From contig BA000021.3 in the NCBI GenBank assembly GCA_000008885.1, forward strand, positions 150,001 to 182,000: a DNA stretch of 32,000 nucleotides, in the 5' to 3' direction. The notes below the pieces were generated by a model. That model was not told the origin of the DNA. It ran no database searches and saw only the letters and a list, made by a program, of their open reading frames with translations. Source of the DNA: Wigglesworthia glossinidia endosymbiont of Glossina brevipalpis. GTDB lineage: Bacteria; Pseudomonadota; Gammaproteobacteria; Enterobacterales; Enterobacteriaceae. Positions 1 to 10,671 of this stretch are shown piece after piece. How positions within the stretch are numbered: position 1 is the stretch's first letter; every line of letters starts with the position of its first letter. Made by a program: the position numbers and the translations under genes.

Positions 1-989
1 ATATTAAATTAAATAAAACCCATATTATGGGAGAAAGTTTATATAATGACTTTGTGCCTTATATAATTTCTGACCTACCAAAAAAAAATTTAGCGATAAA
101 TAAATCTGGAAATATTATGGTAATTTTAAATAATTTTAAAAACAAACAAGGCAAATCTATGGGAGTAATTTTAAAAAAAAGAAATGGAACTTATTTATAT
201 TCTGTCATTGATATAGCATGCATAAAATATAGATATGATTTCTTTAAAGCGCAAAAAATTATTTATTATACAGACTCTAGACAATCACAACATTTATTAC
301 AAGTTTTTGATATTGTAAGAAAAGCTAAATATATACCAAATTTTGTAAAACTAGAACATCATAAATTTGGAATGGTTTTGAAAAAAGATAAAACTCCATT
401 TAAAACAAGATCTGGAGATACAATTAAACTATCAGATTTATTAAAAAAATCAAAAGAAAAAGCAAAAAAATTAATAATAAAAAAAAATCCAAATACAAGC
501 ATAGATGAAATTGAATCTTTATCACAAGCAATAGGGATTGGATCTATAAAATATTTTGAACTTTCAAAAAATAGAGAAACTGACTATATATTTAATTGGG
601 ACAACATACTAAGTTTTAATGGAAATACTGCTCCTTATATACAATATGCTTACACAAGAGTAATTTCTTTGATAAAAAAAAATAAACTAAAAAATAAAAA
701 CAATGTAAAATTCTTATTAAAAAAAGAAGAAGAAATAGATTTATCTATATGTTTGCTCCAGTTTGAAGAAATTATAAATGATGTATCAAAATTGGGAACT
801 CCTCATATTTTATGCAATTATCTATATGATTTATCTAAAACATTTTCTGTTTTTTATGAAAACTGTTCTATTATTAAAACCAAAGAAGAATCTGTGAAAA
901 ATAGTCGTTTATTTTTGTCTATATTGACATCTCGCACCTTAAAAGTTGGTTTAGAATTATTGGGAATTCCAATGGTAGAAAAAATGTAA
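1..989 (+). CDS. argS: Arginyl-tRNA synthetase, C-terminal part (5' end outside window)
   Basis: The frame stays open from the ORF-track Met at 27 back to the window edge (codons read ...IKLNKTHIMGESLYNDFVPYI). C-terminus SRLFLSILTSRTLKVGLELLGIPMVEKM matches the ArgS anticodon-binding C-terminal signature. Stop at 987-989. Confidence 0.95.
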   Translation, partial: IKLNKTHIMGESLYNDFVPYIISDLPKKNLAINKSGNIMVILNNFKNKQGKSMGVILKKRNGTYLYSVIDIACIKYRYDFFKAQKIIYYTDSRQSQHLLQVFDIVRKAKYIPNFVKLEHHKFGMVLKKDKTPFKTRSGDTIKLSDLLKKSKEKAKKLIIKKNPNTSIDEIESLSQAIGIGSIKYFELSKNRETDYIFNWDNILSFNGNTAPYIQYAYTRVISLIKKNKLKNKNNVKFLLKKEEEIDLSICLLQFEEIINDVSKLGTPHILCNYLYDLSKTFSVFYENCSIIKTKEESVKNSRLFLSILTSRTLKVGLELLGIPMVEKM

Positions 990-1010
990 ATATAATTTAT
1001 TAATAAATAA

Positions 1011-2555
1011 TTAATTTTTATAATGTGATATATTAAATATTTTTTTAAAATTGAAACCTATTAAAAACAAAGAAAAAAAATACATAGTCACACTTATAAA
1101 AATAATACAGCATATGCGAAATAATCTGAAAAAAATATTTCCATATTCCCAATTTTTTATAAAACAAGATAAATAAAAAATTGTTAAAAACATAATTGTT
1201 AATCCAAATAATAATTGCATAAAAAATTTTTTTATATTAAATTTTTTTATTAAAAATAATCTTTTTTTAATATTTAAGTACAATAAAAAAGCATTAATAT
1301 AAGAAGTAATTCCAATTGATAAAGATAATCCCGCATGTTGAAAATATTTAACAAGTATTAAATTCATAAATTGAGATATAATAATGCTTATAATTGCAAT
1401 ATAAATAGGTGTTTTAAAATTTTGAATAGAGTAAAAAGATAAAGTAAAAATTTTAACTAGAATTAATCCTGTTAATCCAATTGAATATCCTATTAAAGAT
1501 TTCTGAGTCATAAATACATCAAAATTAGAAAAATTTTTATATTTAAATAATGTAATAACTAAAGGTTTCGACAAATATAACAATATCAAAGAAGAAGGCA
1601 AAATAAGAAAAAAGCAAATTTTAATACTCCAATGTAAAATATCAGAATATTTTTTTTTTTGATTTTTATATACAGACTCAGATAATAATGGCAACAATAT
1701 CCCAGTAATTGAAGCTCCAAATATTCCTATTGGAAATTCAACTATACGATCTGCATAATACATCCAAGAAATAGATCCAGGAGATAAAAAAGAAGAAATA
1801 GCTGTATTTATTGAAATTAACAATTGATTGACAGAAGCTCCGAAAACAGCAGGAAGTATTAATATAAAAATTTTTTTAATATCAGGTTGATATAATTGAA
1901 AATTATTTATTTTTATTCCAATATATCTTAAATATAAAAAATGAGAAAAAAGTTGTACAGATCCTCCTATTAAAACCGCCCAAGACAAAGCTATTATACT
2001 ATTATTATTTAATAATGGGACTATATATAAAGAAAAAAAAATTATACTAATGTTCAAAAAAACTGGAGACAAAAAAGAAATAAAAAAATAATTCCAAGAA
2101 TTTAAAATAGATGTTAATAAAGATGATAATGAAATTAATATTATATATGGAAATAAAATCCTTAATAAAGAAACTGTTAAAACAAATTGATCGGTATTAT
2201 TGATAAATCCAGGAGCAATTAACATTACTATTTCTGGAGATATAATTATTCCTACCATTGTTATTAATATTAAAAATAAAGAAAGCCATTTAAATATGCA
2301 AGAAGCAAAAATTTTAGCTTTTTCGTCTCCTAAATTATTTCTATATTTAACAAGAATAGGTATAAATATTTGAGAAAATGCTCCTTCTGCAAATATTCTT
2401 CTTAAAAGATTTGGAATTCTAAAAGAAACAAAAAATGAATCTGTATAAATTCCTGTTCCAAAAATTGATGCAATAACAACATCTCTTATAAATCCAAAAA
2501 CTCTAGATATAAATGTCATTACGCTAGACATTAAAAATATTTTACTTATTTTCAT
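1011..2555 (-). CDS. murJ: Lipid II flippase MurJ (MviN family)
   Basis: 514 aa polytopic membrane protein; N-terminus SSVMTFISRVFGFIRDVVIASIFGTGIYTDSFFVSFRIPNLLRRIFAEGAFSQIFIPIL is the MurJ/MviN signature. Confidence 0.96.
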   Translation of the reverse strand: MKISKIFLMSSVMTFISRVFGFIRDVVIASIFGTGIYTDSFFVSFRIPNLLRRIFAEGAFSQIFIPILVKYRNNLGDEKAKIFASCIFKWLSLFLILITMVGIIISPEIVMLIAPGFINNTDQFVLTVSLLRILFPYIILISLSSLLTSILNSWNYFFISFLSPVFLNISIIFFSLYIVPLLNNNSIIALSWAVLIGGSVQLFSHFLYLRYIGIKINNFQLYQPDIKKIFILILPAVFGASVNQLLISINTAISSFLSPGSISWMYYADRIVEFPIGIFGASITGILLPLLSESVYKNQKKKYSDILHWSIKICFFLILPSSLILLYLSKPLVITLFKYKNFSNFDVFMTQKSLIGYSIGLTGLILVKIFTLSFYSIQNFKTPIYIAIISIIISQFMNLILVKYFQHAGLSLSIGITSYINAFLLYLNIKKRLFLIKKFNIKKFFMQLLFGLTIMFLTIFYLSCFIKNWEYGNIFFRLFRICCIIFISVTMYFFSLFLIGFNFKKIFNISHYKN

Positions 2556-2623
2556 AAAAAAATTTTAAATCATTAAAATTTAATAATATTTTTAATTAAT
2601 TAAATTTTTGAATTAATAAATAA

Positions 2624-3637
2624 CTAAAAAGATTTAATTAATTTTTTAATTATTTTTAATCCAAAAAAAACTAATCCAGAATATATTTGAATTAATGAAG
2701 CACCAGCTTTTATTTTTTCTTTGGCTGATTTCACGGAAATTATTCCACCTGAACCAATAATAGGTATTTTCCCTTTTAGTTCTTTGCTTAATTTTTTTAT
2801 TATTCTTGTGCTATTTTCATTTAAAGGAGCACCGCTTAATCCACCTTTTTCGCAATTATTACAGCAACGCATAATAATATCTTTATTAACAGTTGTATTG
2901 GTAGCAATTACGCCATCTATATTATAAGACAATAAACAATCTGAAATTTGAATTATTTCTGAGTTATTAATGTCAGGTGATATCTTTATTAAAATAGGAA
3001 CGTATTTATTATAAATTTTATTTAATTTATTTTGTTCTTCTTTTATTGATTTTAATAAATCAGAAAATAATTCTCCAAATTGGAGTTTTCTTAAATCTTT
3101 TGTATTTGGAGATGAAATATTTATAGATATATAATCTGAATAATAATAAGCTTTATTTATGCAAATTAAATAATCATCTTTTGCTTTTTCTATTAATGTA
3201 TCTTTGTTTTTACCAATATTTATGCCTAATATACTTTTTACATTTTTTTCGTTTTTTATATTTTCTATTAAATTTTCTATCCCATTATTATTAAATCCCA
3301 TTCTATTAATAATTCCATATACATTTGGAAAGCAAAACAAACGAGGTTTTTTTTCTCCATGTTGTGGCTTCAGAGTAACAGTTCCTAACTCAATGAATCC
3401 AAAACCAATGTCAGAAAATAATTTTATATAATCTCCATTTTTATCTAATCCAGCAGCTAATCCTAATATATTCTTAAAATTTAAACCCATACAAGAAATA
3501 TTATTATTAGGAAATTTGTTTTTTATTAAAAAGTTTAAAGGAGTTTTATTAAAAAACTTCATTATTTTTAATAATAAATCCTTTTTTTCTTCATGATCTT
3601 TTTTTGATAAAATAAAGTTAATAATTTTATATATCAT
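2624..3637 (-). CDS. pyrD: Dihydroorotate dehydrogenase (quinone), class 2
   Basis: 337 aa; motifs NPLGLAAGLDKNG-like (NILGLAAGLDKNGD), GFIELGTVTLKPQ, NISSPNTKDLR, IPIIGSGGI, full-length. Confidence 0.96.
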   Translation of the reverse strand: MIYKIINFILSKKDHEEKKDLLLKIMKFFNKTPLNFLIKNKFPNNNISCMGLNFKNILGLAAGLDKNGDYIKLFSDIGFGFIELGTVTLKPQHGEKKPRLFCFPNVYGIINRMGFNNNGIENLIENIKNEKNVKSILGINIGKNKDTLIEKAKDDYLICINKAYYYSDYISINISSPNTKDLRKLQFGELFSDLLKSIKEEQNKLNKIYNKYVPILIKISPDINNSEIIQISDCLLSYNIDGVIATNTTVNKDIIMRCCNNCEKGGLSGAPLNENSTRIIKKLSKELKGKIPIIGSGGIISVKSAKEKIKAGASLIQIYSGLVFFGLKIIKKLIKSF

Positions 3638-3867
3638 TTTTATATGTGTAAAAATAAAATTAATATAATGAACTTTTGTTAAAATTATATTAATAATATT
3701 AATATAATTTTAAATATTTATAATATATTTGTTTAATTTAATTATTAATTACAAAATAAATTTTTTTTTAAATATTTGTTTAAAATAATTTTAAATATTT
3801 TAATATATAAATATATATGTTTTTTTATATTATGCTAATAAAAATATAATATTTTAGGAAAATTTTA

Positions 3868-4842
3868 ATGAAATATTTAAATAAATTTATAAGATTAAGA
3901 AGATTAAGAAGCAAAAAAAGTGTTAGAAACTTGTTTCAAGAAACTGAAGTTACATTAAAAGATCTTATATTACCTATTTTTGTAGAAGAAGATATTGATT
4001 TTATGAAACCAATTTCTTCTATGCCAGGAGTATTTAGAATTCCAGAAAAATTATTAGCTTATGAGCTTGAAAAATATGCTAAATCTGGAATTAATTCCAT
4101 AATAACATTTGGAATATCTCATAATTTAGATGAAAATGGAAGTGACACATGGAACAATAATGGTCTAATATCTAGAATATTGCGTATATGCAAAAATACT
4201 GTTCCAGAAATAATTATTATATCAGATATGTGTTTTTGTGAATATACAATTCATGGGCATTGTGGAATAATTAATAATAAAAAAGTTGATAATGATCAAA
4301 CTTTATTAAATCTAGAAAGACAATCAATAATAGCTGCTAGCTCAGGAGCAGATTTTGTTGCTCCATCTTCTTCTATGGATGGTCAGGTTAAAGCAATTAG
4401 ATCGGCTCTAGATAAATCAGGTTTATGTGATACTGGAATAATGTCTTATTCTACTAAATTTCATTCAGAACTATATAATCCATTTAGAGATGCTACATAT
4501 TCTAATTTGAAAGGGGATAGAAAAACTTATCAAGTTAATCCTATGAACAGAAAAGAAGCAATAAGAGAATCTTTAATCGACGTAAAAGAAGGATCTGACG
4601 TTTTAATAATAAAACCAGCTATTAATTTTTTAGATATAATCAGAGATATAAAAAATAAAACATATTTACCTTTAATAGGATATCAAGTAAGCGGTGAATA
4701 TTCAATGATTAAATTATCTTCTAAAGCAGGTATTTTTAATGAAAGAAATATGATCATGGAATCCATTGGATCAATAAAAAGGGCTGGAGCTAGTGCAATA
4801 ATAACATATTTTGCAATGGATATAGCTAACAATATTCTATGA
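3868..4842 (+). CDS. hemB: Delta-aminolevulinic acid dehydratase (porphobilinogen synthase)
   Basis: 324 aa; Cys metal-ligand motif CFCEYTIHGHCG and active-site regions YSTKFHSELYNPFRDA and IIKPAINFLDIIRD; TGA stop at 4840-4842; AGGA Shine-Dalgarno-like element before the ATG. Confidence 0.97.
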   Translation: MKYLNKFIRLRRLRSKKSVRNLFQETEVTLKDLILPIFVEEDIDFMKPISSMPGVFRIPEKLLAYELEKYAKSGINSIITFGISHNLDENGSDTWNNNGLISRILRICKNTVPEIIIISDMCFCEYTIHGHCGIINNKKVDNDQTLLNLERQSIIAASSGADFVAPSSSMDGQVKAIRSALDKSGLCDTGIMSYSTKFHSELYNPFRDATYSNLKGDRKTYQVNPMNRKEAIRESLIDVKEGSDVLIIKPAINFLDIIRDIKNKTYLPLIGYQVSGEYSMIKLSSKAGIFNERNMIMESIGSIKRAGASAIITYFAMDIANNIL

Positions 4843-4864
4843 ACTTTTTATTTATAGAAAAACT

Positions 4865-4947
4865 TGCCGAAGGCCGGAATTGAACCGGCAAGTCTTTAGA
4901 CGATTGATTTTGAGTCAATTGCGTTTACCAAATTTCGCCACTTCGGC
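4865..4947 (-). tRNA. tRNA-Leu(CAA), 83 nt, class II with long variable arm
   Basis: Folded by hand: acceptor GCCGAAG/CTTCGGC (7 bp), D-stem GCG/CGC, anticodon stem ATTGA/TCAAT with loop CTCAAAA (anticodon CAA), variable arm around GTCTAAAGAC, T-stem GCCGG/CCGGC with loop TTCAATT, discriminator A; 3' CCA not encoded. Confidence 0.95.
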
Positions 4948-5078
4948 TTTTGATTGTTAAAATTTTTTAAATTTGTATAATAATAAACTTAAATGATATA
5001 TTATTATTTAATTTTAATCAATAAAACTGTTTCAGTGTTAAAAGTTTTCTTTAAAAGTATTTAATTTAAATTAATATT

Positions 5079-5885
5079 ATGAAAAATAAATTGCAGATTT
5101 TAATTTTTGATTCTGGAATAGGAGGATTATATTTTTATTCAGAAATTAGAAAATATATACCACATGCAAATTATATATATGTTCTTGACAACGAAGGATT
5201 TCCTTACGGGAATAAATATAAAAATTTTATTTTTGATAGAGTAACTAATATTATTATATATATGCATAATTTGTATAAATTTGATTTAACAATTGTTGCT
5301 TGCAATACTGCTAGCAGTATAGCGTTATCATATTTAAAAAAATTTTTTATAAGTCCAGTAATAGGGATAAAACCAGATATTAATGAATCTGTAAATATCA
5401 CAAAAAATAATATTATAGGATTATTAGCAACAAAAATTACCATAAATTATGTGTTAAGTAATTTTTTTAATTTTAAAAGTTTAAATAAAATTAAATTAAT
5501 TACTTTAGATGCAAATGAATTAATAAAGTTGTCTGAAGAAAAAATGAGAGGCAAAATAATTCATTTAAATAAAATAAAAAATATTCTAAAACCTATTTTA
5601 TTAAATAAAAATATTCCAGATACAATAATATTAGGATGCACGCACTTATTATTTTTTTATTATGAATTTAAAAAAATTTTTCCAATAGGAACAAAATTTA
5701 TTGATTCTAAAAAAATATTGTTAAATAAATCAATTATGTTGATTTCTGAAAATTATATAAAAAAAAATAAAATTAAACATCAAACTGTTTATTATACTAA
5801 AAATAATAGATATTTTAAAAAAATATGTCCTTTGTTAAATAAATATGGATTTAAATATTTAAAAAAAATTTATATTTATAAATAA
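5079..5885 (+). CDS. murI: Glutamate racemase
   Basis: 268 aa; FDSGIGGL start, catalytic Cys motifs VACNTASS and LGCTHLLF. Confidence 0.93.
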
Positions 5886-5890
5886 GTTTG

Positions 5891-5928
5891 TATAAAATTA
5901 AAAAGAATTAATTTTATAAAATTTTTTT
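5891..5928 (+). terminator. Putative intrinsic-like terminator between convergent murI and pssA
   Basis: Perfect 10-bp inverted repeat TATAAAATTA-(AAAAGAAT)-TAATTTTATA (5891-5918), then AAA and a T7 run (5922-5928). The stem has no G:C pairs, so stability is doubtful. It overlaps the pssA stop codon. Confidence 0.4.
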
Positions 5929-7281
5929 AATCAAACGATCTATTTGCACTATGTTTATATTACGTATAATTTTTCTAATTTTGCTCGGATAATTGGAAAT
6001 ATTTTCAACTTCTTTAAAATGCTTAATACAAGTAGTATGCTTGTTTATTTTGATCAATTCTTTGTCAAATTGGTTTTTTATTTCTTGTTTTGGATCATGA
6101 ATTAAAATTGCATTCTCTAAGTCTAAATACCAAGATCTAGAATTAAAATTATTTCCAGTTAAAAGAATCCATTTTTTATCTATCCATATTCCTTTTATAT
6201 GAAAACTATTATTGTTATTTTTCCATATTTTTATTGTTAAATTTCCATTATCTATATATTTTTGATTTTTTTTCATAAAGCGCCTTAAATTTATTTCATA
6301 TAAATAAGGAATAATTCCAGTAATATTAAATTTAATATTATCTGGAATATAAAAATCATTAGAAATTTTATCTCCTACTATTATTTCTACACTTTTATTT
6401 ATTTTCAAAATATTTGATATATCTTTAATCAACAAAGAAAACAAATTAAAATATGGAGTGCATAAAATCATTTTAGAATATGTAGAACATACTAAATTAT
6501 GAATTACTGAGTTTAATAAACTTTTTTTTCCAAGCCCTAATATTGGAGTGATAGATAATTTATTATTACAATTTTCACTTATATAAATATATTTACTAGA
6601 TTTTAAATTCTTCCTTATAGCTCTTGAATTTCTATTTATGAAAAAATTTTTTTTATTTATTATAGAATATATAGTATTCAGTCTAACTGATTGTTTTGCT
6701 AACAATTTAGTTTTTATAAAATTTAACATTGAATTTGCTAATAATCTATTATAAATTATATGATATCTGTCATATCTGTATTGAATAAATTTATTTAAAT
6801 ATGCATTATTAATGCTAGCTCCACTATAAAATACATGATCATCTATTATAAAACCTTTTAAATGCAAAACTCCTAGGGCCTCATTAATGCTCAATGGAAT
6901 TCCATATATTGGAACATTAATATGTTTATAAGTTTTAGCTATTTTTAAATACCAATCAGAATTTGTTAATCCTTTATCTTCTCCAAATGATCTTCTTTTA
7001 GATCTATTTAAATCTACTATAATTGTTACTTCTAAATTAGGATTTTTATTTTTTGCTTTATATATTTCTTTTAATAATTTATTTCCACTTTGGTCTTTTT
7101 CTAAATATAAAGCTACTAAATAAATAAATTTTTTTGCTTTAGATATACTTTTTATAAGCCTATCAAAAAAATCTTTTGGATTATATATTGTTATTATTTG
7201 TTCAGGATTTTGATTTATTTTAGGCAATTTAATTAAATATTTTCTGCATTTTTCTTGATCAAAATTAAATTTAATTACCAT
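5914..7281 (-). CDS. pssA: CDP-diacylglycerol--serine O-phosphatidyltransferase (phospholipase D superfamily)
   Basis: 455 aa, collinear with enterobacterial PssA: LPKINQNPEQIITIYNPKDFFDRL, LGVLHLKGFIIDDHVFYSGASINNAYL, VGDKISNDFYIP, ALPYLYEINLRRF-like segment, HLKG-like FHIKGIWIDKKWILLTGNNFNSRSW, C-terminal IDRLIKKIL. Two HxK PLD motifs. Confidence 0.95.
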   Translation of the reverse strand: MVIKFNFDQEKCRKYLIKLPKINQNPEQIITIYNPKDFFDRLIKSISKAKKFIYLVALYLEKDQSGNKLLKEIYKAKNKNPNLEVTIIVDLNRSKRRSFGEDKGLTNSDWYLKIAKTYKHINVPIYGIPLSINEALGVLHLKGFIIDDHVFYSGASINNAYLNKFIQYRYDRYHIIYNRLLANSMLNFIKTKLLAKQSVRLNTIYSIINKKNFFINRNSRAIRKNLKSSKYIYISENCNNKLSITPILGLGKKSLLNSVIHNLVCSTYSKMILCTPYFNLFSLLIKDISNILKINKSVEIIVGDKISNDFYIPDNIKFNITGIIPYLYEINLRRFMKKNQKYIDNGNLTIKIWKNNNNSFHIKGIWIDKKWILLTGNNFNSRSWYLDLENAILIHDPKQEIKNQFDKELIKINKHTTCIKHFKEVENISNYPSKIRKIIRNINIVQIDRLIKKIL

Positions 7282-7353
7282 ATTTTTTATAAAAATTTAA
7301 AATATAAATATAGAGTTTTTAAAAACTAAATTACAGTATTTATTTTCTTTATT

Positions 7354-8910
7354 TTAAATTTTATATATCGATATATATAAAATACCAGACAAAACCATAG
7401 TAATTGGAAGAGTTAAAATCCAAGCCATTAATATATTTTTTACAGTTTTCCATTGTATTTCTCCATGATCTGTTAAAACTGCCCCTGCAACGGCGGAAGA
7501 TAAAACATGAGTAGTAGATACTGGCATTCCAGTATAACTGGCTATACCAATAGATAGCGCAGAAGTAAATTGAGCTGATAAGCTTTGCGCATAAGTCATT
7601 TCTCTTTTGCCTATTTTTTCTCCAATAGTTTGTGCAACTCTCTTCCAAGATATTATTGTTCCGCAAGCCAAAGATAAAGCTATTATAATAGTTATCCAAA
7701 TAGGTGAATATTCTACTATATATATAATATCTTTATTTAAATTTTTTAAAAATTTTTTATCTTCATTTGATATATTTGGTAAATGAATAGTTTCATTAAT
7801 AATATCTGATATATACAGTATTAGTTTCCTCAAATAAAATCTTTGATCTGAGCTTAATTGATAAAAGTTATCTTTTTCTGAAAGTAAATCAGAAGTATAT
7901 TTTATTATAATAAAGACATTAACGCTTTTACAAAAAGTATCTTCAATATTTTCTGAAATGCAAAATTTGTTTTTATATTTATTTGGAATAAAACTGTTCA
8001 AATCATTTATTTTTTTTTCTTTAAGAAATTTTTTTTCTTCTTTATTTTCTATCAGATTAAACAAAATATTTTTATTTTTAGAAAAATATTCATATACATT
8101 ATTTATTGCATTTCTTGATGTATTTATATTATATGAATTAGTATCCATATTGATAACAAATCCAGCAGGAAATACACCTATTAAAATCAACATAATTAAT
8201 CCAATTCCTTTTTGTCCATCATTTGCTCCATGTGAAAAACTAATACTTGCAGCAGAAAAAATTAAAGAAACTCTTATCCAAAAAGGAGGTTTTTTATTTC
8301 CATAAATTTTTTCTGTTTCAGATGGAGTGAAATGAATTTTTTTATTTATTTTTTTATCTTTCCAAATTTTACGTAAAATAATTATAAATGTTCCTGAAAT
8401 CAGAAACCCTATAATAGGTGAAATTATTAAAGAAAAAAAAACTTCATACAATTTTGAAATATTTAGGTTTTGATTTATTGATGTATTTGTAAATATTTGG
8501 CTTGATAAACCAACTCCTATAATTGCCCCTATTAGGGTGTGAGAACTAGACACAGGAAGTCTAAAATACCATGTTCCAAAATTCCACATTATTGCAGCTA
8601 ATAATATAGAAAACATCATTTTTAATCCATTTATAGAACTTGTATTTAATAATAAACTAGATGGTAATAAATGTACTATTGTATAAGCTACACTCAAACC
8701 TCCTAAAATTACTCCTAAAAAATTAAAAAAACCAGAAAAAATAACCGCTAAATTAGGAGGTAAAGCCTTTGTGTAAATCACTGTAACTACAGCATTAGCT
8801 GTATCATGGAATCCATTTATAAATTCATATAGCAATACAAATAGTATTGCTATACATAGCATACAAGCTGTATATAAACCTAATTCTTGAAATAAATTTA
8901 AATATAACAT
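7354..8910 (-). CDS. pitA: Low-affinity inorganic phosphate transporter (PiT family)
   Basis: 518 aa; NGFHDTANAVVTVIYT and SFSHGANDGQKGIG PiT motifs plus the C-terminal half GMPVSTTHVLSSAVAG; hydrophilic central loop. Confidence 0.94.
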   Translation of the reverse strand: MLYLNLFQELGLYTACMLCIAILFVLLYEFINGFHDTANAVVTVIYTKALPPNLAVIFSGFFNFLGVILGGLSVAYTIVHLLPSSLLLNTSSINGLKMMFSILLAAIMWNFGTWYFRLPVSSSHTLIGAIIGVGLSSQIFTNTSINQNLNISKLYEVFFSLIISPIIGFLISGTFIIILRKIWKDKKINKKIHFTPSETEKIYGNKKPPFWIRVSLIFSAASISFSHGANDGQKGIGLIMLILIGVFPAGFVINMDTNSYNINTSRNAINNVYEYFSKNKNILFNLIENKEEKKFLKEKKINDLNSFIPNKYKNKFCISENIEDTFCKSVNVFIIIKYTSDLLSEKDNFYQLSSDQRFYLRKLILYISDIINETIHLPNISNEDKKFLKNLNKDIIYIVEYSPIWITIIIALSLACGTIISWKRVAQTIGEKIGKREMTYAQSLSAQFTSALSIGIASYTGMPVSTTHVLSSAVAGAVLTDHGEIQWKTVKNILMAWILTLPITMVLSGILYISIYKI

Positions 8911-9223
8911 GAAATTTACACTTTAATATAAAATAGATTTTTATATTATCTTGTATAACTTACATAATCAAAAGAAAATATATCAATTATTTTATTTGTA
9001 TTAAGTTTAATTCAAATTAAAAAAATTATATAAACAATAAATTTTAAAATATATTAACATTGTAAATTAAAAAATTATTATTAATAAATAATATTTTATA
9101 TTTTAATAAATATATATAAATAAAATTAATTATATTAAATTATATACTTTTAAAAATAAATTTACATTAAAATAAATAATTTTTAAAAAAAATTTAAAAT
9201 AAATAAAACAGGAATATAGTTTT

Positions 9224-10663
9224 ATGCATAGAATAATAAGAAGAACAAAAATAGTTGCTACATTAGGACCATCAACAGATTTAAATAATAATTTAGAAAA
9301 AATGATATTAGCTGGAGCTAATATGGTTCGTATGAATTTTTCTCATGGAAATTTTTACGATCATGCAAGAAGAACAAAACAAGTGAGAAACATTTCTCAT
9401 AAACTAGGTAAAAATATTGCTATTTTAGGAGATTTACAAGGACCAAAAATAAGAATATCTACTTTTATGACAGGCAAAGTATTTTTATCACCAGGAGATC
9501 AATTCATACTAGATGCATCATTAAGCAAGGATCTTGGAACAGTTGAAAGTGTTGGAATTGATTATAAATATCTTCCAAAAGATGTATTTCCAGGAGATGT
9601 TTTATTATTAGATGACGGAAGGATACAGCTAAAAGTCAAAAAAATTGTAAATAAAAAAATTTTTACAACTGTATATATAGGAGGATATTTATATAATAAT
9701 AAAGGTATTAATAAATTAGGAGGAGGTTTATCGGCTAATTCTTTGACAGAAAAAGACAAAAAAGATATTATTTGCGCAGCTAAAATAGGAATAGATTATT
9801 TAGCTGTTTCTTTTCCTAGAACAGGAAAAGACTTAAAATATGCAAGAAATTTATTAAATAATGTAGAAAGTCATGCAAAAATTATTTCAAAAATAGAAAG
9901 AGCAGAAGCGGTAGCAAATAATGATATTATAGATGAAATAATAACAGAATCAGATGCTATTATGGTAGCTAGAGGAGATTTGGGAATAGAAATTGGAGAT
10001 CCAGAATTAGTAGGAGTGCAAAAAAAATTAATACAAAGAGCTAGAGATTTAAATCGTGCGGTAATTACTGCAACTCAAATGATGGAATCCATGGTTTATA
10101 ACCCTATGCCAACCAGAGCAGAAGTTATGGATGTTGCTAATGCAGTATTGGATGGCACAGATGCAGTTATGTTATCAGCAGAAACAGCTATTGGAAAATA
10201 TCCAGTAGAAACTGTAGAATCTATGTCTAATGTATGCATAGGAGCTGAAAAAATTTCTAATATTAATTCTTTGAAGAATAGATTAAACATTAAATTTAAA
10301 ACCGTAGAAGAATCAATGGCGGTATCTGCAATGTATATTGCAAATCATTTAAATATGATAAAAGCTATAATTTCTCTTACAGAATCTGGTAAAACTCCAT
10401 TAATTATGTCTCGTATAAGTTCTGGATTACCAATTTTTGCTCTTTCAAAACATGAACATACTTTAAATTTAACAGCTTTATATAGAGGGGTTACTCCTGT
10501 TTATTTTAAAAATAATGAAAAAGGAATTTCAGCTGCTGATTCTGCTATTAATTTGCTTAAAGAAAAAAAATTTTTATTCTCTGGAGATTTTGTAGTAATT
10601 ACTCAAGGAGATGTCATGGGGACTATTGGAAAAACAAATACCAGCCGTATATTAATTGTATAA
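9224..10663 (+). CDS. pykA: Pyruvate kinase (PykA/type II-like)
   Basis: 479 aa; [92 protein letters not shown]; closer to E. coli PykA than PykF as recalled. Confidence 0.96.
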   Translation: MHRIIRRTKIVATLGPSTDLNNNLEKMILAGANMVRMNFSHGNFYDHARRTKQVRNISHKLGKNIAILGDLQGPKIRISTFMTGKVFLSPGDQFILDASLSKDLGTVESVGIDYKYLPKDVFPGDVLLLDDGRIQLKVKKIVNKKIFTTVYIGGYLYNNKGINKLGGGLSANSLTEKDKKDIICAAKIGIDYLAVSFPRTGKDLKYARNLLNNVESHAKIISKIERAEAVANNDIIDEIITESDAIMVARGDLGIEIGDPELVGVQKKLIQRARDLNRAVITATQMMESMVYNPMPTRAEVMDVANAVLDGTDAVMLSAETAIGKYPVETVESMSNVCIGAEKISNINSLKNRLNIKFKTVEESMAVSAMYIANHLNMIKAIISLTESGKTPLIMSRISSGLPIFALSKHEHTLNLTALYRGVTPVYFKNNEKGISAADSAINLLKEKKFLFSGDFVVITQGDVMGTIGKTNTSRILIV

Positions 10664-10671
10664 AATAAAAT

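Noticed and set aside
2721-3431. Small plus-strand ORFs opposite pyrD
   Set aside because: Antisense shadows of pyrD motifs; no independent evidence.
3868-3910. Short direct repeat AGATTAAGA at the hemB 5' end
   Set aside because: It encodes the normal Arg/Leu-rich N-terminus (RLRRLRS) typical of HemB; only two copies, not a repeat element.
7361-7699. 112-aa ORF on minus strand inside pitA
   Set aside because: Alternative frame of the strong pitA ORF; sequence is low-information and resembles no family. Overprinting not supported.
7958-8305. 115-aa plus-strand ORF antisense to pitA
   Set aside because: Shadow ORF opposite a conserved gene; no recognisable motifs or start context.
8911-9223. 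312-nt AT-rich gap between divergent pitA and pykA considered as ncRNA or origin-like region
   Set aside because: No clear DnaA-box cluster, iterons or stable structure visible; looks like an ordinary promoter region in a high-AT genome.
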